From the NCBI GenBank assembly GCA_017134395.1, contig CP070993.1:462199-526198 (forward strand): a stretch of 64,000 nt of DNA, read 5' to 3'. The position numbers and the translations under genes were made by a program. The notes under the pieces are model-generated. The model was not told the DNA's origin. It did no database searches and saw only the letters and a program-made list of their open reading frames with translations. This DNA is from Candidatus Kaiserbacteria bacterium. GTDB taxonomy: Bacteria > Patescibacteriota > Minisyncoccia > Phycocordibacterales > UBA2100. Position 1 is the stretch's first letter, and every line of letters starts with the position of its first letter. Of the stretch, positions 38,933 through 49,108 are shown piece after piece.

Positions 38933-40291
38933 CTAATTGTGTATAAGTGTACGGACATGATTAATTTCTTGGTCAAGAACAGTGTCAGTTTTGATTTCAT
39001 TTTTTATCTTCTCACATGAGTGAATAACAGTGGTGTGATCTCTCCCCCCTATTTTTTCTCCAATACTTGGGTATGAAATAGCAAAATCTTCTCGTAGTAT
39101 ATACATAATTACCTGTCGTGGGCGAACAACTTCTTTTTTTCTTGTTTTTTTGTAAATATTCTGCTCTTCAACTTCATAATATTCAGATATTTTTTTAACG
39201 ACCTCAGCAACCGAAATATTTTTATTCGGTTTACTAGTGTGTTTTACAACATTCTGGACTTCTAAAGAACTTAATTCCTTTCCTTTCAACTGCGTTTTAC
39301 AAATAAGGGTGTTAAGAAGACCCTCTAATTCTCGAATGTTTCCTGGTACTTCTTTTGATATATATTGAAGAACTTCTTCTGGAATATTAAAACTATGTTG
39401 TAGTGCTTTTTCACGTAATATTTCCATTCTCGATTCAATATCAGGATTTGGGATTTCAGCAATCATACCAGCGCTAAAACGCCCTTTTAATCGTTCTTCT
39501 AGACCAGGAAGGCTATTAGGATGTTTGTCTGATGAAAAGATTATTTGTTTATTGTTGTCGTACAATGCATTAAATAAATGGAACAACTCTTCTTGTGTAC
39601 GTTCTTTATCTGCGATGAACTGAATATCATCCATAATTAACACATCATATTGTCTATATTTATCTTTAAAATTATTACCTTTACCGATTTTCACCGCATT
39701 TATAAAATCCATAGTGAATCGCTCTGAGGTAACATAAAAAACCTTTCGGTTAGAATTTGTTTTTTTTAGGTAGTTCCCTATTGATTGAATAAGGTGGGTT
39801 TTTCCGTGACCGGTACCACCATAAATAAACAAAGGGTTGTAAGTAAGGCCAGGATTCTGCACAACAGCTTGAGCGGCTGCGTGAGCCAATTGGTTAAAAG
39901 GACCAACTACAAATGTATCAAATGTGTATCGAGGATTAAGATTATCTCGTTTATCAATAAACATATCCTGTAATAACAGTTGGTTTTGATTCTGGTTTGT
40001 ATTTTGCGCAGGACGCTGCTCACCCGAGGCACGCTTAGCTGCATTTTTTGTCACCATATATTCAACACCTCGGATAGAATCATCAAACCCACGGATGGTT
40101 TTTAGAATAAAGTTGTTGTGTTTTTCATACAACCAATCCTTTACAATTTTATTAGGAACTCCAATGTAGACTATGTTGTTATCATGTTTAATGATTGCCG
40201 TATCTTTAAACCATGTACGGAAACTAGCTTCAGAGATATTCATCTCTATATACACAAGTGTATTCTGCCAAAGTTCTTGATCGTTTAACAT
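38933..40291 (-). CDS. dnaA: Chromosomal replication initiator DnaA.
   Basis: AAA+ Walker A GGTGHGKTHL; C-terminal DnaA box-binding domain (...SYPSIGEKIGGRDHTTVIHSCEKI). Confidence 0.9.
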   Translation of the reverse strand: MLNDQELWQNTLVYIEMNISEASFRTWFKDTAIIKHDNNIVYIGVPNKIVKDWLYEKHNNFILKTIRGFDDSIRGVEYMVTKNAAKRASGEQRPAQNTNQNQNQLLLQDMFIDKRDNLNPRYTFDTFVVGPFNQLAHAAAQAVVQNPGLTYNPLFIYGGTGHGKTHLIQSIGNYLKKTNSNRKVFYVTSERFTMDFINAVKIGKGNNFKDKYRQYDVLIMDDIQFIADKERTQEELFHLFNALYDNNKQIIFSSDKHPNSLPGLEERLKGRFSAGMIAEIPNPDIESRMEILREKALQHSFNIPEEVLQYISKEVPGNIRELEGLLNTLICKTQLKGKELSSLEVQNVVKHTSKPNKNISVAEVVKKISEYYEVEEQNIYKKTRKKEVVRPRQVIMYILREDFAISYPSIGEKIGGRDHTTVIHSCEKIKNEIKTDTVLDQEINHVRTLIHN

Positions 40292-40580
40292 ATATCTTGA
40301 AAGTTAGACTATTATATACAAGTTTTCCACAGTCTGGAAATTGAGGTTAAATCAAAATATATGTTAGTAACCTGGGGATAACTAAAAAGAGTACTCAAGA
40401 AGGCTTTTGCCACCCTACTCTCTTAAGGACATACATGTATTGAAAAATATAAGGTTTAATACGAATGATGACTGAAAGACACTAAAATCATATAAATAAA
40501 AGAAACTTAAAATGTGGATAAAACAAAAATAGTCCACACCCTATTGCTTTTCTTGGTTTTATACGTACTATATGTTTCTT
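40292..40580. promoter_or_regulatory. Candidate oriC between divergent dnaA and rpmH, with DnaA-box-like 9-mers and AT-rich stretches.
   Basis: tgtggataa (40513-40521, exact reverse complement of TTATCCACA), ttttccaca (40324-40332), tggggataa (40373-40381), tgtccaca at the rpmH start; two TGTGGACAA boxes in the dnaA-dnaN spacer (38733-38741, 38860-38868). Confidence 0.55.
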
Positions 40581-40730
40581 ATGTCCACAAAGCGTACATA
40601 CCAACCAAAGAAAAAGAAGCGACAGCGAAAGCATGGATTCCTTGCTCGCGCAGCTACAGCAGCAGGACGCCGAGTTCTTCTTATGCGACGACGTCGCGGA
40701 CGAGCACAACTTACTGTAAAGAGAAAGTAG
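40581..40730 (+). CDS. rpmH: 50S ribosomal protein L34.
   Basis: Hand-translated 49-aa [49 protein letters not shown]; not in the ORF track as a separate ORF. Confidence 0.85.
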   Translation: MSTKRTYQPKKKKRQRKHGFLARAATAAGRRVLLMRRRRGRAQLTVKRK

Positions 40731-40744
40731 GTTACTATTACTCT

Positions 40745-41053
40745 ATGCTTTCTAAAAAACACCGTGCAACTACCGCTACGGTGGTTAAAACCATTACTCA
40801 TGGCAAGACTCGAAGTGCGCCTCACTTTTCAGTGCGTGCACTTTCAAACAGCTCCCCAGTTACTGCGGTAGTGGTATCAAAGAAAGTTTCTCCAAAAGCA
40901 GTTATTCGCAATACACTAAAGCGGCGCATACGGGCAGCGATACAACCACTTAAGTTTTCAAAAGATACAACTTTTGTTATATATGTAAAAAAAGGCGTGG
41001 AAGACCTTACTATTTCTGAAATACAGAAAGAACTACAAGAGCTTCTTATCTAA
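40745..41053 (+). CDS. rnpA: RNase P protein component.
   Basis: Internal ATG at 40745 (MLSKKHRATTA...); SKKVSPKAVIRNTLKRRIRAAI matches the RnpA RNR motif region; classic rpmH-rnpA order. Confidence 0.75.
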   Translation: MLSKKHRATTATVVKTITHGKTRSAPHFSVRALSNSSPVTAVVVSKKVSPKAVIRNTLKRRIRAAIQPLKFSKDTTFVIYVKKGVEDLTISEIQKELQELLI

Positions 41054-41062
41054 TTCATTTAC

Positions 41063-41857
41063 TTGCACTACAGGGTGCGCTACTATGCTGCAATGATTGT
41101 AAACACCTTTAACACCTTTATCTTCACCCCCTTATATAACGGTCTCATTTTACTTATAGATTTTGTTCCTTATGCAGATGTTGGATTCGCTGTCATTATA
41201 CTCACAGTTCTCGTTAAGATAATCCTATTCCCTCTTGCGCACAAAGTGGCACACATGCAGGTGCAAATGAAAGAATTGGCTCCAAAATTAGAGGAGTTGA
41301 AAGAAAAATACAAAGAGGACAAACAAGAACAGACACTCAAAATAATGGCGCTGTACAAAGAGCATAATGTACGTCCATTTCTCAGTATTTTAGTGGTGTT
41401 TATCCAACTTCCTATTATTCTCGGGCTATACTGGGTTTTCTTTCGTGGAGGGTTACCAGATATACAACTAGACCTTCTGTATTCATTTGTTCCCATCCCT
41501 ACAACAGTAAACATGAATTTCTTAGGGCTTATTGATATGGGTGGCAGAAGTGTCATTCTTGCATTACTTGCAGGCGCAACGCAGTATGTGCATAGTTACT
41601 ACGCACTTGCAAAACCTAAACCGCGAGGTGAAAATCCGAGTATTAAAGAAGATCTTGCACACAGCTTCCATTTACAGATGAAGTACGTGATGCCTATCAT
41701 TGTGGTGGTCATTTCTTACACTATTTCTGCAGCCATTGCCTTGTATTGGCTAACGAGCAATCTTTTTGCAATCGGACAAGAGCTTATTGTACGACGTAGA
41801 TTGAAGCACAATAAAGAAGCGAGTGTAACAGAGAACCATGAATCAGGAAGCAATTAA
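41063..41857 (+). CDS. yidC: Membrane protein insertase YidC/Oxa1 (short form).
   Basis: Five-TM core; position between rnpA and jag; conserved central helices. Confidence 0.75.
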   Translation: MHYRVRYYAAMIVNTFNTFIFTPLYNGLILLIDFVPYADVGFAVIILTVLVKIILFPLAHKVAHMQVQMKELAPKLEELKEKYKEDKQEQTLKIMALYKEHNVRPFLSILVVFIQLPIILGLYWVFFRGGLPDIQLDLLYSFVPIPTTVNMNFLGLIDMGGRSVILALLAGATQYVHSYYALAKPKPRGENPSIKEDLAHSFHLQMKYVMPIIVVVISYTISAAIALYWLTSNLFAIGQELIVRRRLKHNKEASVTENHESGSN

Positions 41858-42287
41858 GGATTTTATAGAAGAACTTTTACGTAAGGCTCATATTGAGTTT
41901 GATTCTGTTGCTATCGAAGAGAGCGAAGAACAAACAGTATTTCAAATTCAGACACAAGATAGCGCGAAGCTTATAGGGAGTCGCGGGGATACTGTTCGCG
42001 CACTAAATCACATCGTTAAAAAAGCTTTCGAGAATAAAGAAGAACACTTACGTTTTTTAATTGATGTAAATGGCTACCGAACAAAGAAAATTGAGGATTT
42101 AAAGGAGACAGCTAAACTTCTTGCTGAAAGAGCGCGTTCGTTAAAATATAATGTTGAAATGACACCAATGAGCGGATACGAGCGTATGATAGTACACACC
42201 GCTCTTGCGGATGAGCCTAATATAAAAACTGAGTCACATGGTGAAGGTCGCGACCGAAGGGTTGTTATAAGTTATGTGCAAGATTAA
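41838..42287 (+). CDS. jag: Jag/KhpB-like RNA-binding protein (KH plus R3H).
   Basis: Jag N-terminus, GSRGDTVRALNHIV KH-like region, C-terminal R3H; follows yidC. Confidence 0.7.
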   Translation: MNQEAIKDFIEELLRKAHIEFDSVAIEESEEQTVFQIQTQDSAKLIGSRGDTVRALNHIVKKAFENKEEHLRFLIDVNGYRTKKIEDLKETAKLLAERARSLKYNVEMTPMSGYERMIVHTALADEPNIKTESHGEGRDRRVVISYVQD

Positions 42288-42307
42288 CTAATTTAAGTTG
42301 ATCCTTT

Positions 42308-43108
42308 TTATCTAATCTCCCCACAACCTCCTAGTGGATTGCTCGGGTCACTTTTCACAGCGGCAGAACAATCATTTTGACTACTAAAACAATTATTACT
42401 GCTGTTAGGTAATGTATAGCACCAAGAACCAGAAGGAAGATTCCTTCTGTCAGTAGGAGGATAAATTGTCCCATTTGCATGTGCATTAGAAATATAATTA
42501 GGATTCAGTGCGCAGCAATCTCTCGTATCTGTACCAAAAGGAGATACTCCTGGACAACGAGATTCTCGCACCGCTTCCCACCCCTCACCCTTTACACTGC
42601 TACATGTCTCTCCGATAGACATTCGTGTCCAAGTCTCATCTGTATATTCTGGAAGCACGTCCGGTGCAACCAATGTTGCTCCTGTAGTGTTTTGTTCTGA
42701 AGGAGCACCTGACTCAGAAGGTTTTGCTACAGTTATATTTACAGGACTTAACACAAAATCGAGATTTAAAATATCAGGATTTATTTCATTAAAGAATAAC
42801 CACACGCTGAGTAACATAAGTAAACCCAGAACAGCCTGCTGCATTCGTTCTCTACTTGAGCCCTTGCCTGAAGCAGCTTCTGTTGTCATGTATTGTAGGC
42901 CTGACACGGCAATTATAAGAACGGCAAGAACCGCACCTATCGTAAGAGCAATTTGGAAGAGGTTGTTGAAAAAGTTACCTAAATTTTCAGTATCCAAATT
43001 TCCAAGACCGTTTGCAAGTGGTGTATAGGCAGCATCAACAAAGGAGGGTATAACCAAAAGTGAAAAGAGAACACCAACACTTAAAAGAAATAGTTTATTT
43101 TTAACCAT
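42308..43108 (-). CDS. TrbC/VirB2-like pilin-fold membrane protein with a Cys-rich C-terminal extension.
   Basis: Signal peptide, hydrophobic helix, short polar loop, second hydrophobic helix (pilin-like layout), then about 150 aa with 12 Cys. Confidence 0.4.
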   Translation of the reverse strand: MVKNKLFLLSVGVLFSLLVIPSFVDAAYTPLANGLGNLDTENLGNFFNNLFQIALTIGAVLAVLIIAVSGLQYMTTEAASGKGSSRERMQQAVLGLLMLLSVWLFFNEINPDILNLDFVLSPVNITVAKPSESGAPSEQNTTGATLVAPDVLPEYTDETWTRMSIGETCSSVKGEGWEAVRESRCPGVSPFGTDTRDCCALNPNYISNAHANGTIYPPTDRRNLPSGSWCYTLPNSSNNCFSSQNDCSAAVKSDPSNPLGGCGEIR

Positions 43109-43126
43109 ATGTATCTGCTTAGTATA

Positions 43127-44407
43127 CTAAATACCTTCTTCGTCTCCACCTTCTTCTTCGACTATCTCTTCTGTTGTTTTAGGTAGTGTAACTGACCATA
43201 ATGTTTGGTCAGTTTTATTAATAAAGAATACTACATTTCCGTTAGTGCTCACTGAGAGATTGATAATATCGAGAGACACTCCGTGTTCAGCTTGTGGCGA
43301 AACGATATGAGTAATTCTTTTTGTATCGGTACGTACTTCAAACAATGAATCAGAAAAATGTACCCGCCCCTGGTACCATACATCCGGATACTCCCCTTTA
43401 GGGAATGCGTTGGGAAGCGCACAGAATACAGAAATGCCATTCGGATGCCACACGCATTTCTCAGCAAGACTCGCAATATCTAAAGTTGTTATTTTGCCCG
43501 ACTTTGTATTCTTAATTGTAAGTACAGGGATACCTCTGTCTCCATTGTGACTATACAAAACGTTTTCACCGTCAGGACTGAGTGTAGCAGCAAGTCCTTT
43601 TAGCTGCTGGAGAACTAACGTTTTTACGCCTGTAGATGTATTTATTACGTAAGCTGAACCCGGTAAGTCTGATGAGGCTTTTTGTGATACCAGTAATACA
43701 TCATTTTGCCAATCCATATTCCATCCTTGTAGAATTGATGCTGAAACCTCTTCTTCTCCAGAACCGTTCGGGTTTGCAAGGTAGAGTATACTTCCCTGTA
43801 AGGTTTGTTGTAAGAAGCTGATTTGGTTTCCGCTAGAATTGGTGGTTATCTCAGAGATCTGTGTCGGAAGAGATGAGCTCTGCGTTTCAGTACCTTTTAA
43901 ATCACTATAGATTGTAACTAACGAACCGTCCTCGCCAATATACCTACGTAAAACACCATCCCCGTCATTGGTAAACAAGGCTTCTTGTACCTGTGGAACG
44001 GTTGTTTGGTCAAGACGTGTCGTCGTGCCATCAGGGAGATCTTTTTCAAACACATGACCAGTAGCTTTGTCTACGAATCGTATTGCATTAGAACGCTTTT
44101 TTATAAAACCTGCTGTTGGAAGATTGTAAAGCTGACGTAATCGTGGTTTCGCGACAATTGATTCATCAGAGGTGCCATCCACATTCGTATTATTGTTTAT
44201 TACGTCCCCGAACGTTCCGCCAAACAAACCGCCTCCCCCACCACCCCTACTTGAGGTATTAAGTGCTGAATCAAAATAACCTAAATCCTCAGTCTCTTGC
44301 TGCAATCGTTGCTGTTGTTGTCCTATAAAAACAGCCCACGCTAAAAGCACAACTATAAGAATTATAATAAGGACTGATATACCGATGTAGAGTTGTTTCT
44401 TTTTCAT
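43127..44407 (-). CDS. Single-pass membrane protein with a probable beta-propeller (TolB/WD40-like) ectodomain.
   Basis: N-terminal TM; repeated PDG/HPNG-type blade-like motifs. Confidence 0.4.
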   Translation of the reverse strand: MKKKQLYIGISVLIIILIVVLLAWAVFIGQQQQRLQQETEDLGYFDSALNTSSRGGGGGGLFGGTFGDVINNNTNVDGTSDESIVAKPRLRQLYNLPTAGFIKKRSNAIRFVDKATGHVFEKDLPDGTTTRLDQTTVPQVQEALFTNDGDGVLRRYIGEDGSLVTIYSDLKGTETQSSSLPTQISEITTNSSGNQISFLQQTLQGSILYLANPNGSGEEEVSASILQGWNMDWQNDVLLVSQKASSDLPGSAYVINTSTGVKTLVLQQLKGLAATLSPDGENVLYSHNGDRGIPVLTIKNTKSGKITTLDIASLAEKCVWHPNGISVFCALPNAFPKGEYPDVWYQGRVHFSDSLFEVRTDTKRITHIVSPQAEHGVSLDIINLSVSTNGNVVFFINKTDQTLWSVTLPKTTEEIVEEEGGDEEGI

Positions 44408-44410
44408 ATA

Positions 44411-45442
44411 TTAAAATCCAAATAGCGAATTACGTGCACTTCCTTCGAATACTATATTAAAGGTACTTTTTGCGACTTGCAGAAGATGTGTGAGGTGATC
44501 AATTGTTACGTCTACAGAGGTAGCCGCATCCTCATCTCCAGATAGTTGAATGGTCAAAACAGAAGGTGCGTCTTGAACACCAAAAACTTTAGTACCGTTG
44601 ATGTTCCAGGAGTACAAAAGATTTTCGTCGTTCTCATTACGTGCGTCCATAAAGTAAGGAATTGCCTGCACTTCAATCTGTGAAGATTCTGCAAAAATAT
44701 GATTGCCATCTATAGCTGCATGATATTGAACGCCCGTTAGGGGGTTTTTTTCATACAGAATAACTTGAGGATCCTGTGTTTTTATACGTGTCGCAGATTG
44801 TGCACGCTGTATTCCATCAGGGGTTGCTACTTCAATGGCTAGAATATAGTCTCCAAAAAACTTAGGACCTTCTGTTAGTAAGGTGTTGGCACCAATGCCA
44901 GAGAGACTACCTAATACTGTCCCATTTTTACTCCATGTATAAATAAGTTCTGAGGCATTATATGTTTCCCCTTTTTCATTTCTAAATGTTGCCAATGCTT
45001 CTGCTCGTATAGAACTTCCTGACGAATACAATGCTCTACCGTTGTAAAATGGTGGAACATACGTATCTCCTTCCCAGAAAAGAGTGACTTCTGCTGGTGT
45101 TATTAATACAGATTTAGTAAAAACAGCCCCAGTAGCTGTTTTTACGAGTACGCTTACTTGTTGGGAAGAACCCACATTACCTGTTGTAAACGTAAAATCT
45201 ATCCCACCTGGTTTTTGTTGCTGCACTTCGTTGTCTAATAGCCACACAATAGTAGCTGTACGAACATTCTCGTTTGACGATGAGACGGTTGCAGTCACTT
45301 CTTGGTTCGATTGAGGTAATTCTGGCGATAAGCTAATTGAAATTTCTATTCCAGCTAAAGAGTCTATGGTTTGGGCGTAGGTAAAATTCTGAAAAGAAAG
45401 GAGCAAACTGAAAAGCAATCCTGTGTAAAGGAAAAAACGCAT
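44411..45442 (-). CDS. Secreted hypothetical protein.
   Basis: Signal peptide; no family recognised. Confidence 0.4.
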   Translation of the reverse strand: MRFFLYTGLLFSLLLSFQNFTYAQTIDSLAGIEISISLSPELPQSNQEVTATVSSSNENVRTATIVWLLDNEVQQQKPGGIDFTFTTGNVGSSQQVSVLVKTATGAVFTKSVLITPAEVTLFWEGDTYVPPFYNGRALYSSGSSIRAEALATFRNEKGETYNASELIYTWSKNGTVLGSLSGIGANTLLTEGPKFFGDYILAIEVATPDGIQRAQSATRIKTQDPQVILYEKNPLTGVQYHAAIDGNHIFAESSQIEVQAIPYFMDARNENDENLLYSWNINGTKVFGVQDAPSVLTIQLSGDEDAATSVDVTIDHLTHLLQVAKSTFNIVFEGSARNSLFGF

Positions 45443-45562
45443 ACGTACATTATATAGTGGTTTACGTAAATCAGCAGAAATATATCGTGATAAGTGTGGG
45501 TTTTCTGTGAATGCTATATTGTTGGCGATGATGTTTTTGTATAATCTTCCTCTTCCTTTTCT

Positions 45563-45895
45563 TTAATTTTTTTTAAGATCTTCCTTCTTAACTTGCTGAA
45601 TAATAACCCAAGTACCTACCGCCCAAGACGGTATGAAATTAATTAGTGGAAGCATTTCAGCTATTGTAATAGACATGTTTACTATGAAGCGATTTGGTTT
45701 ATCGGCGAAACCAACACCTAAAAGTCTAAACCAAATCCAGAAGATGATTCTGGCAAGAATTGTAAGAAAGCTCGCTAAAAAAGGTCCTACGATTGGAATA
45801 AAAGTTAACAATCCTTGCAAGAAATCTGTAAAAATGGCTGCCCCCATGAGTGCCCACGTGTGGAAACCGTTAATTCTTCTTATATTCTCATCCAT
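45563..45895 (-). CDS. Small polytopic membrane protein (110 aa).
   Basis: Three hydrophobic segments; directly downstream of the VirB4-like ATPase. Confidence 0.4.
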   Translation of the reverse strand: MDENIRRINGFHTWALMGAAIFTDFLQGLLTFIPIVGPFLASFLTILARIIFWIWFRLLGVGFADKPNRFIVNMSITIAEMLPLINFIPSWAVGTWVIIQQVKKEDLKKN

Positions 45896-45903
45896 AGAGT
45901 GTT

Positions 45904-47763
45904 TTATTTCAATTCTTGTATGTCAGCTGGTTGTGGCGATGTAGGAGTTGCGGGTGTTTCGGATAGTTCTTGCTTTGCTTTTTTAATAGCAAGTATTTGC
46001 GATGGATCGGATGTGATAATTTGATCTTCCGTGTAGCTCGCGATAACTTTTATAGCAACGTGTTTTAGTCCAGCAAAAAAGATACCCTCCCCTACATCTG
46101 ATTCAAGTAATAAGTATTTCTCTTCATCTGAAAGTTTGAATGTTTCTTGAATAAGATCGATTGATGTTGGTGACTGACGAAGCAAAATCTGAATAGACGA
46201 GTTAGTGATCATAGCTTTTCCATACGTGCTGCTTAAAAAGTCAGCGACATCTTGTGTAATTGTTGCAAGTCCAAGGTAATATTTACGCCCACGTTTTGCG
46301 ATTCCAAACAAGAAAGACGCTGTATCTTCTGATTTCATCATCCACCACGCTTCATCGATAATAAGAAGCCGCTTTCGAAGCTCCTTTCGTACCATATTCC
46401 AGATATAATGCGTCACTAGATACATTGCAACTGGCTTGAGTTCGTCTTCCATGTCTCGAACGCTAAACACAACAAAGCGTTTGTTCATGTCGATGTTCGT
46501 GGGGCGGTTTATGAATCCAGCCCAAGTACCACGAGTATACTTTGAAAGGCGTTGCACAAGAGACTCAGAACCCTCTAATCCAGAGAGTACTAATTCGAAG
46601 TCTGAAAGTAGTGGTGGTTCTAAATTAGCAAAATCAGAGTTCGGTGTAATGTCTTTCAGTGCATACGTTTCAGTAATTGCCCTATCTATGATTGCATCTT
46701 CTTCGGGTGTAAGGCCACCAAACATAATACGAAAGAGGCCCACCAATGTAATGATGTTGTTTCGAAGAATATCAGCCGGACTCTCATCTTCGCGAGGTGT
46801 GGGAAGATCAAATGGATTTATATGGTGTTGTGAAGAAAGTGATATGTTGAAATGGCGGCCACCGGTAGTTTCTGCTAAGTATTCGTATTCTCGCTCAGGG
46901 TCAATGACGATAACGTCAGCATCAAACATGAGTGAGCGAACAATCTCTAATTTTGTCATATACGATTTACCGGCACCTGATTTTGCAAATACAACAGAGT
47001 TGTAGTTTTCTAATGAGAAACGGTCAAAGAGCACAAGGCTGGAGTTGTGGCGGTTGATACCGTAAAGAATTCCCCTATCGCTCGTGAGGTCGAAAGAAAC
47101 AAATGGAAAGATGCTTGAAAGTGGAGATGAGTTAAGGTTCGAATGAACCGAAAGAGCATCTTCTGCTATTGGTAACACACTTTTAAATCCTGGTTCTTGC
47201 TGGAACAGTGCGGGTTTTAGATAGACAAGGCGGGATTCAAGAATCGATCGTATTTCTGATTCAGTTTTATCTATCTCGTCTCGCGTGTCTCCATAGATAG
47301 TTATATACAAACCAATTTTAAACATCTTCTCTTGTGCTTGCTGTAGTTGGTCTCTGAGATATTCGAGGTCAGAGTACGCGGTGTCGAGCACAGGGTCTCT
47401 TACGAGTCCTTTTTGTTGCCTAATAGAGATTTGACTTTCAACTTCTGCTACCTTCTTTTGAAACTTACGAAGTACAGCGGTTGTCTCCATAGGATGCACG
47501 AAAATAGATACATCAAATACCTTATCGAGGTTGATAATTGGAGAAAACCAACCAGTAGAGAGGAATCGTGGATACGAAATAACAAAAAAAGTACGCGCTA
47601 CTTTTTCCCCTAGGTTAAGTTCACGAGGGGTTATTTGTAGTGCTGAGGGTGCTATAACATCTTGGAGCTCAAGAACACCATGTTTATAGATTTCCTCTGG
47701 AAGGATAGGAACTATATCCTGTCCTTTTTTATTCTGTTTACCTAAAAAATCAAAAAAAGCCAT
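45904..47763 (-). CDS. VirB4/TraC/TrbE-family type IV secretion ATPase (central and ATPase domains).
   Basis: Walker A FAKSGAGKSYM, Walker B LLIIDEAWWM, C-terminal ATITQDVADF motif; the N-terminal part is encoded by the upstream ORF in another frame. Confidence 0.8.
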   Translation of the reverse strand: MAFFDFLGKQNKKGQDIVPILPEEIYKHGVLELQDVIAPSALQITPRELNLGEKVARTFFVISYPRFLSTGWFSPIINLDKVFDVSIFVHPMETTAVLRKFQKKVAEVESQISIRQQKGLVRDPVLDTAYSDLEYLRDQLQQAQEKMFKIGLYITIYGDTRDEIDKTESEIRSILESRLVYLKPALFQQEPGFKSVLPIAEDALSVHSNLNSSPLSSIFPFVSFDLTSDRGILYGINRHNSSLVLFDRFSLENYNSVVFAKSGAGKSYMTKLEIVRSLMFDADVIVIDPEREYEYLAETTGGRHFNISLSSQHHINPFDLPTPREDESPADILRNNIITLVGLFRIMFGGLTPEEDAIIDRAITETYALKDITPNSDFANLEPPLLSDFELVLSGLEGSESLVQRLSKYTRGTWAGFINRPTNIDMNKRFVVFSVRDMEDELKPVAMYLVTHYIWNMVRKELRKRLLIIDEAWWMMKSEDTASFLFGIAKRGRKYYLGLATITQDVADFLSSTYGKAMITNSSIQILLRQSPTSIDLIQETFKLSDEEKYLLLESDVGEGIFFAGLKHVAIKVIASYTEDQIITSDPSQILAIKKAKQELSETPATPTSPQPADIQELK

Positions 47764-47822
47764 AAAAACCTATCTGTATTATACCTGTTCAAACCAAACC
47801 AGACACACAACACTGGGGGCAC

Positions 47823-48488
47823 TTAGTTGAGTGCTTTTATCATTTGTTTTGGTTGGTCTCGCTCTCCTGGGTTAAATATTTTATAGAGGAGTTCTATTAT
47901 CTCCTCAGTATCAAGCTGCACAGAACGTACTCCGGTGCGCACTAGACCCTGTTGTACTATTGCCATCCGTTGGTCTAACTGAGAAACATTTTCTTGAAAT
48001 TCATTCTTTTTCACGGTGGTTTTACTTTCAGTTTTTTGAGATTTTGACCACGGGAGTGAACCCAGCATACCTTTGTTTATTGAAATCGTGGATGGGGAGT
48101 ATGGAACAACAACAAAAAATTGCTTAGTCATAATGTCAGCTCCTTCTACAAAACTCTTGATGAACTCCATATACTCACGTATTTGAATACGCATAAGATC
48201 GTCCATAGTACGTTTATACTCCACCTCAAGTGTTTCTATGTATGGGCGTATATCGAGTTCTCTTGATTGAATATAAATTTGGATCGAGAAATCTAGCGAG
48301 TTAAAGAAGTTCTGGAACTGCATTATAAAGGCACTTTGTTCATCCTCACTTTTAAGGGCGAAGTTTAATGAGGAAGCCATAAGTACACCTCTTAGGCCAC
48401 CGTTATTCAAAATAATTACACCATCTCGCACTTCTTTTACTGGTACGAAATCTTGAGATGATTGGGCTGATTTATTTGCTTGTGGCAT
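47823..48488 (-). CDS. N-terminal domain of the VirB4-like ATPase encoded as a separate ORF (split gene or frameshift).
   Basis: VPVKEVRDGVIILNNGGLRGVL...LKSEDEQSAFIMQFQNFFNSLDFSIQIYIQS matches the conserved start of Gram-positive-type VirB4 proteins; a 59-nt gap and a frame change separate it from 45904..47763. Confidence 0.55.
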   Translation of the reverse strand: MPQANKSAQSSQDFVPVKEVRDGVIILNNGGLRGVLMASSLNFALKSEDEQSAFIMQFQNFFNSLDFSIQIYIQSRELDIRPYIETLEVEYKRTMDDLMRIQIREYMEFIKSFVEGADIMTKQFFVVVPYSPSTISINKGMLGSLPWSKSQKTESKTTVKKNEFQENVSQLDQRMAIVQQGLVRTGVRSVQLDTEEIIELLYKIFNPGERDQPKQMIKALN

Positions 48489-48490
48489 AA

Positions 48491-48946
48491 CTATGATATT
48501 TCTTCTTGCTCTTCTTTTTCTCGATCCAGACGAATACGCTCGTTTATATCAAGACTCCACGCAAGACTCTTAAGTTTGTTTTCCGAAACTGATGGAATAT
48601 CTTGTTGAGACTGCGGTAACGACGTCTCGGTCTGGGTACGCTTTTTGGTGTTTTTGTAGTTAGAATTCCAGAGATAGAGTTTCTTATGTATGAAGTACAT
48701 AAAAGCAGCCTCAAGCGTGATAATGAGCGGTTTTTTATTTACTTTTACAAATGCAAGTGCCGCTGCAAAACCTACAATAGCGAGAGCAAGTGGTATTGCA
48801 ATAAGCGAAGGTAGATAACGCCACAATAAGAACCCTACTCCGACTCCACCAGCAACATATATAAATTGCTTAAGCGTAAGCGGACCGAAGATTTTATCTT
48901 CTACATCAGTAAATTGCGGTACTTGAAATTGCATAACTGATTCCAT
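48491..48946 (-). CDS. VirB3-like small membrane protein.
   Basis: 151 aa with two TM helices and a DKIFGPLTLKQF motif; immediately upstream of VirB4 (canonical VirB3-VirB4 order). Confidence 0.45.
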   Translation of the reverse strand: MESVMQFQVPQFTDVEDKIFGPLTLKQFIYVAGGVGVGFLLWRYLPSLIAIPLALAIVGFAAALAFVKVNKKPLIITLEAAFMYFIHKKLYLWNSNYKNTKKRTQTETSLPQSQQDIPSVSENKLKSLAWSLDINERIRLDREKEEQEEIS

Positions 48947-49108
48947 TAACGAGCAGGGTGTAGAGTAATACGTAGGCTTGCTCGAATGTGCTAAGTGTTG
49001 TTCTTGGCGTAGACAATCAGCTTACCGTGTCACTCATGACATGCTCTTACTCGTAAGTATCGCACATTACATTTAGTATGCCCATGAAAAAATGGGGACG
49101 AAATACTG

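Noticed and set aside
40514-41053. The 179-aa ORF in the track spanning rpmH and rnpA.
   Set aside because: It is a fusion artefact. The true genes are rpmH (40581..40730, different frame) and rnpA starting at the internal ATG 40745. The upstream part of the long ORF overlaps the DnaA boxes and rpmH.
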